The notes beneath the pieces are model-generated. The model worked only from the letters and a program-made list of their open reading frames with translations, ran no database searches and was not told where the DNA came from. Below are positions 59,033 through 64,000 of a DNA stretch of 64,000 nucleotides, piece by piece. Within the stretch, counting starts at the first letter, position 1. Each line of letters begins with the position of its first letter. Origin of the DNA: Diplonema japonicum (taxonomy: Eukaryota; Protista; Euglenozoa: Diplonemea); NCBI GenBank assembly GCA_964019335.1, contig OZ025697.1, forward strand, positions 62,001 to 126,000. The letters are read 5' to 3'. The position numbers and the translations under genes were made by a program.

Positions 59033-59528
59033 ATTTTTTTTTTCTTAATGTGTAACTTTTTTTTAAATTGGGGAGAGGGGGAATCGAGGCGGGAGTTAAA
59101 TAATAATAGCTCTTTTTTTTTTTTCTTTTCGGTAGTAGGTTTAGTAGTTTCTCTCTTTTTTTTTTTTTTTTTTTATTCTACCCCTAGCTGCCTTTCTCCC
59201 ACGGGCATTTTTAGATACAATTATTTTGGCTCTGGGGTGATCGGGTCAAGTATGGCCAATCACTGGTCATGTTGTCCATAGTTAGTAAGAACGACTTTCA
59301 AGGTGTGATATAAAAAAAAAACTTGATCATGTTAAAAACGAGCTTCTTACCAGTGTCACCCCCACACTGACTTACGTGTTTGGACTTTCCTTGGGGGGGA
59401 GGGGGATTGTGTGCTTTTTTCTTTTCTTTTTTTTTTTTCAAACGTGAAAAAAACGGGGGTGGTTAAGAAAGGATTTTTTTTGTGTGTTCATATGTATTTT
59501 AACAACAACATTATCTAGAGAACTCTGG

Positions 59529-59581
<53 letters not shown>
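59529..59581 (+). repeat. poly(A) homopolymer of about 53 nt; one of many A/T and G/C homopolymer tracts in the spacers
   Basis: Read directly. Confidence 0.8.
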
Positions 59582-59582
<1 letters not shown>

Positions 59583-59741
59583 ACAAGAGCTTGTGGTGGC
59601 AGGCAGAACTTTTTTTGTTTTAAGCTATCATAGTTTTTTTTTTCCTTTTTTTTTTTTCCGTCCGTTTTGTTCTTTTCTTACTTTTTCTTTTTTTTTTTCT
59701 TTTTGTGTATTCGCTCAAACTCGGCTGTCTGAGAAGGTCCG

Positions 59742-59794
<53 letters not shown>

Positions 59795-60348
59795 CGCTAT
59801 GATAGGAAACAGGGCTAGCAACTGCAAAAAAAAGAAGAATAGAGAATAAAAAGGGGGTGATCGCTAACCTTATATATATAATCTCTGCTTTTTTTTTTAA
59901 TTCTTTTTTCCCTAACCAAGAAGCATCCAAACTACTCGAGTGGAGGGGGGGAGGGGGGGTCGTTCAGGCTAATCTTTTTTATTTTCCTTTATTTTTTTTT
60001 CTTCCCCTTTCTATTTATTTCCTTCATTTTCTTTTTTCTTTATCACCCCGAAAAAAAAAAGGGGGAAGAGGGTGGGGAAACAAATAGTTATTTACTGCCA
60101 GAATAAAAATAAAGTAATGACTGTGTACCAACTTGTAGCCGTTCTCTCGTTCGTTACCGTCCAGGGGCCTGCAGAGCCCTATGAGTGCCGTGAAATAATT
60201 TCAGAATGAAATACAACAAAAGGAAACAGAGTAAAAAATATTCACGTCCACCGACGGTAATCTATAGTAATTCATCCTCCCTTTAAGTGCGCTCCAAACC
60301 TAGGAAATAGAAAACGTGAGGGGGGTGGTGCACCACTGCAACCACCAA

Positions 60349-60390
<42 letters not shown>

Positions 60391-60462
60391 TACAGAAAGT
60401 AACCGAAGCTGAAACTAATCTACAAAAGCAAAAAAAAAAAAAAAAAAAAAAAAAAAGAGTCC

Positions 60463-63400
60463 CTACAACGACATTCGCCTGACAGACATCTGGGTACTCG
60501 TTGGGCTTGCGGCACTGAGGGCCGTGCTGTCTTGTCTCTCCCCTTGCTTCCCATCGTTCACCTGCTTAGCAAGATCCGTCATCATTTTACTAAACGACGG
60601 CGGCTTGCTTTTCGAGCTCATCGCAGGGCTCGCACGACCGTCCTTCTCAATCTCGTCGAGAATCTGCGTTTTATTTTTATTTTTATTTTTTTTTTTTAAA
60701 TTCCACATACCGTTCGGAAATCAGGAGGTGGTGGTAACACCAGACTCTTCTGACTTTTCGCAGACCTCGGTTGGCTTGGTGGAGGAACAGGAAGAACGGA
60801 AGGAGGCACTCCTACACTCGCAACAGAAGCAGACTTCAAAACCGGTTGCGAAGGATACGTAGGGGGTATAAAGCTCGGAGCTGGCGTATTCGAACTGATC
60901 CCAGCAGACAACGGACTAAACAACCCAGGATCAAAGGCACTGCTTGTATACTCCGACTGTACGATCCCTGTCGTGGGCTTAGGCAAGAGCGGGTGAACAT
61001 TTGGTGTGTCGCTACTACTGCTTCCCAACACGATCTCATCCTCATGGCTGGACTTGATTTCAACGGTACCCTTGTCGGACATGGAGTGGGTTTCTGAAAT
61101 GGGAATGGCCTCGTCTTCAGGGGGTTCTTCAAGAGGTGTGGCTTTGTAGGCCAACGCGAGGCAGCACCGTCCCCATTTCGGCCCTCTCAGCTTGCTCCAT
61201 AGTACTACGGATTTCATCCAGGATTTCAAGACGCCCCATCGTTTTCTCGCTCTTATCGATGCGGAGGTCGCCGCTTCCATCTCAAACATAACAGCGTGGC
61301 CGGTGAAGTTTGCAAATCGGAATTCAGCGGGGATCATCGTGGGGAACCTGCACAGTGACCCGCCTATATGGTCGCGTTCTTCGCCGTACTCCCATGCTTT
61401 ACCTCGCAACAGGCACCGGTAGAATCCCTGCCGTAAGATGTGGCGGCGTTCGTTTTTAATGTCGTAGGCAGCGGGGTCTTGAAGGATGACGACGTGGCCG
61501 GATTCCGCAGCTTTACGTATTTTTCTGTCGTCCCAGATTTTCGGGTCGAAAACATCGTCCAAGGACATCAGGCAGCGTGCGGTGTTGATTCCGCAGCATT
61601 TCCACGCTTCGTTGTTGAACATACTGTCCTCCATCAACCCTTGAACCACATGTGCTGGGATCAGTAGCAGTGAACACGCAGATTCTGTCGTTACCTCGCT
61701 GAACCTGTCGTGGCCTGTTAGGATGCGGTTCCACCCCGCGGTGTAACCGGATCCGTATTTGAATATCTTCCGTCCTACTCTTAGTTGAATGATCCCTACC
61801 ACTACCACGATTAGGCCGTTGAACTCGGGGCCTTCTAAGCGAACGTTTTCGGGTACCCTGTTAGAGTGGTTTTTTTTTTTTTTTTTTTTTTTTTGTTTTT
61901 TTTTTTTTTACGGGAAAGAGACATACATCACAACTTTCGTGGAGCACCTGTACAGTGTCTGCTGTGTTGCTCTGGAGCCGGCTTTGTACCAGCTGAGAGT
62001 TTCTAGAACCTCGGACGCCTCTGCTGGAGGCATGCTTCTGGATAGTTTTTGCGTCACCATCTTCATCCGCTTCTTTAAGATCGCGAGTAATGCATTCTGA
62101 TTTTTTTTTTGGGGAGGAACATTTTTTTTTTTTTTTTTTTTTTTCGTGTTCGCATACTGCATCTTGGTCGTCGAGCCTGGCTTCTTTTCTCATCTTCTTG
62201 ATATTGTGCTCCATGGTGTTGAGGATGTTTCTGCACGCAGAGCGGGTCCTGGTGATTTTGTTTTATTTTTTTCATTTTTTTAAAAAAAAATTGTCGCCAC
62301 TTTGACATACTTCAAACTAGTGGATATGTCAGGCCTGTCTTCGGCAGCCTCTGTGAGGGCCTTGATGATCTCCCTCTTGGCACGCTTGCAGTGCGTGTCG
62401 ACGGCATTGCTCACGTCTCGGTTGCAGATGGCTTTGATTCTTTTACACGTCTCGTCCTGTGCTCTGATGACGGCCAGGGACACATCGAAGGCGTTCTGCC
62501 ACCTCCACTTCAACAGCCACTCTCTCATGCCTTGGTTCACTGCGATTGTTTCCTCGACTCTTGACGGGTTGAAGAGCTCTTTGATCCATTCAGCTTGGAT
62601 TAATGTGTCGGTCCACGGCCGTTCAAGGTCCATGGGCATCTCTGTTGAACGCACGATCTCCTTCGTCATGTGCCTGATGCCTTGCCTGCGAAGCGTTCCC
62701 AGCTTGTACTGGTTCACGAGTGATGCGCTCATTGACGAAAGGTATACTGCCTTCCCCTCCACTCGTTGTTTCTTGCACACCTCTTCGTCAGAACACGTCA
62801 TGTCTTTCTTCTCAAACCACCCGTTCTTGTTGTATGGGTCCTCCATCTTAGTCCCGATCATGCGCCGCAGGTCAGAGTACTTCCCCACCTGCTCCCAGTT
62901 AGTGTCGTATAGGATAGGGTTGGACCTTAGCTCGCGGAGGTCTTCGTTTTGTTCTTTGAGGAGGTTGTTCCACACGTCGTGCATGCGGCACTTCTTGCGC
63001 TCCTCGATCGCGTTCAGGCTGAAGTACTGCACAACGTACTGCGTGGTGACCCCGTTAACACACAGTGTCAGGATGCAAATCCCCGCCACGTGGAACACGA
63101 ACTTCTCCCGAACGAAAGGAACAGCTACCTTTTCGTCGGCTTGGATAATAAGCGCCAGTGCAAGGCCTACCGCACCTCGCAATCCACCCCATGTCACAAG
63201 ACAGAGGTTGGCCCAGTCTACCTTATACTTGAAAAGCCGCATCACAGGCCAAAATACAAGCAAACAGAAAAATCGGATAAAGTTAATACCCAGGTAGGTA
63301 ATGCACAGGTAGCCGACGTCCGTACCTGTTATCCCGTTGAAAGCTTGAATGTAGGCGATGAGCCCCGCGAGGATGAAGATCAGGGTGTTGGTGAGGTAGA

Positions 63401-64000
63401 CGACAACCTCCCAAAACTCGTGGAGGGTATGCGTCACCTCTGGGGAGATACAGTGCCGGTAGTACGACATGAAGCACCCGCAGGTCACAACCCCGAGCAC
63501 ACCGGACAGCTCGAAAAAAACCTCACACACGAAGAATGTGACGTATGCCGCAACAAACGTCATAGTGATCTCGACCATCGCGTCGTTAAAAACACGGTTC
63601 AGAAGAGCGACGGAGGCCATCCCGATTCCAATGCCTACTGCTGCACCGCCAACAGCGACCTTGAAAAGCTGTAAAACAATTGCACCGTACGATTTGTCCA
63701 ACGTGCACTCCAATGCGCAGAAACACTGGTCAGTACACGTGTCCCAGTCGGGCGGGCATGAGTTTGTTTGGATAGCTTCCACCAACACGTGGAAGAACAC
63801 GATGGCGGTCCCATCGTTGAACAGAGACTCACCTTCTATCATGGTTGAAATAACAGGCGACGCGCCCAACTCCTTCAGCAGCGCAACCACTGCCACGGGG
63901 TCAGTGGCTGAAAGAATCGTCCCGAAGAGCAAGCAAGCGTACCAGTTCCAGTCATAGCTCACAAACATGTACTTCGCCATGACCGCCGTTAACGTCGATG
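60463..64000 (-). CDS. CPA1 Na+/H+ exchanger, SOS1/SLC9C-like, with C-terminal cytosolic region including a putative cyclic-nucleotide-binding-like domain (5' end beyond window)
   Basis: LSATDPVAVVALLKELG, IEGESLFNDG, WGGLRGAVGLALAL; introns 62249..62310, 62097..62157, 61858..61926 and 60664..60710 restore one frame. Confidence 0.9.

Noticed and set aside
59190-59390. Possible snoRNA in the 1.4-kb gene-free gap (hairpin CAGTGT/ACACTG near 59351-59369)
   Set aside because: No convincing paired C/D boxes or AGA-box architecture; a single short stem is expected by chance
4378-60087. Dozens of poly-Phe/poly-Lys ORFs in spacers, and F/K-rich N-terminal extensions of real ORFs (e.g. to 8191, 13017, 33569, 41476, 50251, 53387, 56262)
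   Set aside because: Translation of homopolymer tracts; real starts are the downstream ATGs or spliced first exons
3536-62310. Apparent frameshifts/pseudogenes or programmed frameshifting at A/T runs in split ORFs
   Set aside because: Each break is resolved in frame by a short GT-AG intron that restores conserved motifs
1-64000. tRNA, rRNA, SL RNA, CRISPR arrays, transposase/reverse transcriptase genes, non-standard genetic code
   Set aside because: None recognised; conserved proteins translate cleanly with the standard code, and TAA, TAG and TGA are all used as stops

Overview
Eukaryotic nuclear DNA, probably from a euglenozoan protist (diplonemid-like; inferred from gene organisation, not proven). 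I reconstruct about 29 protein genes, all on the minus strand, often separated by only 100-150 nt of A/T/G homopolymer-rich spacer. They are interrupted by about 32 GT-AG introns, all but one 34-84 nt long. The centre (14.5-41.3 kb) is a tandem array of seven membrane-integral pyrophosphatase (mPPase) genes. All seven carry the K+-dependent GNTTAA motif together with helix-6 DLFES(F/Y)VG, the residue combination of prokaryotic Na+-pumping PPases rather than of plant/trypanosomatid H+-PPases. They also have extra terminal helices, a paralog-specific Cys- and sequon-bearing ectodomain, a core homogenised by patchwork gene conversion, and one hypervariable M/K/E codon. Flanking genes include SCAI-like, TBCA, a membrane FKBP, a nucleotidyltransferase, a GT15-like protein, a WD40/Sfi1-like repeat protein, proteasome beta-2, a UNG fused to an FG-repeat/coiled-coil region, eIF1AD, UPF0489 and a SOS1-like Na+/H+ exchanger. 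Many introns have poly(A) instead of a polypyrimidine tract at the 3' splice site, and some are U-run/A-run fold-backs. Exon structures were inferred by eye; homopolymer lengths may be affected by sequencing error.
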